NCBI GenBank assembly: GCA_937888955.1 | Contig: CALAQW010000065.1 | Location: 12,902 to 76,901, forward strand | DNA length: 64,000 bases | Source of the DNA: an uncultured Alphaproteobacteria bacterium | GTDB lineage: Bacteria > Pseudomonadota > Alphaproteobacteria > UBA11222 | Direction of reading: 5' to 3' | Shown: positions 62,915 to 64,000 of the stretch, in pieces | Layout: every line of letters begins with the position of its first letter | Position numbering within the stretch: position 1 is the first letter of the stretch | The notes under the pieces: model-generated | What the model was told of the DNA's origin: nothing | What the model saw: the letters and a program-made list of their open reading frames with translations, nothing else | Database searches by the model: none | Program-made: the position numbers and the translations under genes

Positions 62915-63532
62915 TCAGGACAGGGCTGCGCGACTATGGGAGAAATCAACATAAGCGCGCCTATCCTGCTGCGGCCAGATGTAAGGCTGCGCTAAACAGA
63001 ACCGCGCAACCTCGGTAAAGACGATCGGCTCTGCATCCGGATGTGGCACCGATTGGCGCGGTTGCGCCGCGACCAACCCGCCAAACAGCATATCCACCCG
63101 CTGCCCATCACGCGACAGAGGCAGGATCAACCGATCATAACGCAACATGATTGGTTCGATATTATCGGCCGGGCGCTGATCATGTATCCCTGTTTCAAGC
63201 GCTGTGTCATAATAGAGTTCATGGGTCGAACCGATGACAAGCTTTTGCGCCGCCGCGTCATAAAAGTCGCGCTGCACGCCAAAGGCCGCGTGAAATCCGT
63301 CTTTCGCATCAAGTGCACAGCCGGTCAGATCGCAGCCAAGCAACCGCTCGATATGCGTGCCGATCAGGCGAAGGCGGATACTGCTTTCCCCTTCGACATC
63401 GGCCAGAAACAGGAAAGGCAACAGATTGGCTATCTCGGCAGGAAAGATCTGCCCCCGCGCAGGCAGACGTTTGTCATGCATCCGCGTGTGCCAATACTGA
63501 AAAATGCTGTATAGAATCCTGTTATCACGCAA
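62915..63532 (-). CDS. PAS_5 (DUF1457-type) PAS domain protein
   Basis: YW...R...RLPARGQIFPAEIANLLPFLFLADV...LRLIGTHI is the PAS_5 pattern common in Alphaproteobacteria. The start is uncertain. TTG at 63532 has GGGAGG 8 nt upstream. The ORF-track start at 63604 (TTG) would add an AT-rich, poorly coding-like N-terminus. Confidence 0.7.
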   Translation of the reverse strand: MRDNRILYSIFQYWHTRMHDKRLPARGQIFPAEIANLLPFLFLADVEGESSIRLRLIGTHIERLLGCDLTGCALDAKDGFHAAFGVQRDFYDAAAQKLVIGSTHELYYDTALETGIHDQRPADNIEPIMLRYDRLILPLSRDGQRVDMLFGGLVAAQPRQSVPHPDAEPIVFTEVARFCLAQPYIWPQQDRRAYVDFSHSRAALS

Positions 63533-63697
63533 ATCACGCACCTCCCGATAACAGGATATAGAAATTGTGAAAAAAATTTCAAACGATAATGGAAGGAAAC
63601 ACAAAATTACCTTAATCGTTAATATTACGTATTTTAATTATTGAAAACATTTCCTTGTTTATTCAACTTTTATCTAATTCTTGCTCTATTTTGATTT

Positions 63698-64000
63698 ATG
63701 TCACGCAACAATATTAATCCGCCAACACAGAATCGGGCCTGGCAACGCATGCTCAGCGGCCGGCGGCTGGATCTGCTTGACCCTTCCCCGCTCGATGTTG
63801 AAATCGAGGATATCGCCCATGGCTTGAGCCGGGTTGCGCGCTGGAACGGGCAGACAGGCGGCGCCTGGGCCTTCAGCGTCGCGCAGCATTGCCTGCTGGT
63901 GCGCGATATCTATCATGGCATGCGGCCCGACACACAGTCCCGCTGGCTGCTGGCCGCCTTGCTGCACGATGCGGCGGAATATGTCGTGGGGGATTTGATC
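63698..64000 (+). CDS. HD-domain phosphohydrolase (YfbR-like), 3' end outside the window
   Basis: My own translation from the ATG at 63698: MSRNNINPPTQNRAWQRMLSGRRLDLLDPSPLDVEIEDIAHGLSRVARWNGQT...LLHDAAEYVVGDLI. This contains the HD motif. It is absent from the ORF track because there is no stop before the window end. Confidence 0.75.
   Translation, partial: MSRNNINPPTQNRAWQRMLSGRRLDLLDPSPLDVEIEDIAHGLSRVARWNGQTGGAWAFSVAQHCLLVRDIYHGMRPDTQSRWLLAALLHDAAEYVVGDLI

Noticed and set aside
63600-63660. CtrA-type TTAA-N7-TTAA boxes in the AT-rich region.
   Set aside because: The TTAA pairs present have N3 or N11 spacing, and the one N7 candidate (TTAATTATTGAAAAC) has a degenerate second half-site. 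This is expected by chance in AT-rich DNA.
63701-63967. 88-codon minus-strand ORF at the right edge.
   Set aside because: It is antisense to an open plus-strand frame from the ATG at 63698 that encodes a clear HD-domain N-terminus (...IAHGLSRVARWNGQT...LLHDAAEY...). The ORF track omitted that frame only because it has no stop inside the window.

Overview
GC-rich chromosomal segment whose gene content and order look alphaproteobacterial. This is inferred from synteny and protein motifs only; no database search was possible. From about 6.7 to 31.6 kb the minus strand carries a complete, tightly packed division and cell-wall block: mraZ-rsmH-ftsL-ftsI-murE-murF-mraY-murD-ftsW-murG-murC-murB-ddl-ftsQ-ftsA-ftsZ, followed by lpxC-bamD-recN-ligA. 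Many of its gene junctions overlap by 4 nt (ATGA). The left edge holds a MoxR (CoxD-like) AAA+ ATPase with a CoxE-like VWA partner, and a divergent yjbH/yjbF-like outer-membrane pair. The middle holds a MaoC hydratase, a crotonase, a family III CoA-transferase and a phasin, then a lipoprotein, an MFS transporter and rpsD. Next comes a second CoxD/CoxE pair heading an XdhC-XdhC-MocA molybdenum-cofactor maturation operon; no molybdo-dehydrogenase structural genes occur anywhere in the window. The right third is mostly housekeeping: methyltransferase, hydrolase, UDG-family protein, AtuA-family protein, tRNA-Leu(UAA), cinA-like, sfsA, map, radC, purB, a PatB/MalY-like aminotransferase and an oxidoreductase. 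The least explainable locus is a translationally coupled three-gene operon at 58.5-62.1 kb. It encodes an ELM1/GtrOC1-like glycosyltransferase-fold protein, a small 2OG-Fe(II) dioxygenase and a 658-aa protein I cannot assign to any family, which contains internal repeats. An Lrp/AsnC regulator lies divergent to it. Sequence-level signals include five helically phased TGGRW repeats upstream of mraZ, two TGC-N3-GCA palindromes upstream of the phasin gene, and a near-consensus promoter plus GC hairpin in the rpsD leader. There are also GCTTTATGC repeats upstream of the tRNA and a strongly AT-rich divergent promoter region near the right edge. I saw no IS element, integrase, CRISPR array or rRNA. 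Most long ORFs lying opposite recognised genes are shadow ORFs typical of GC-rich DNA.
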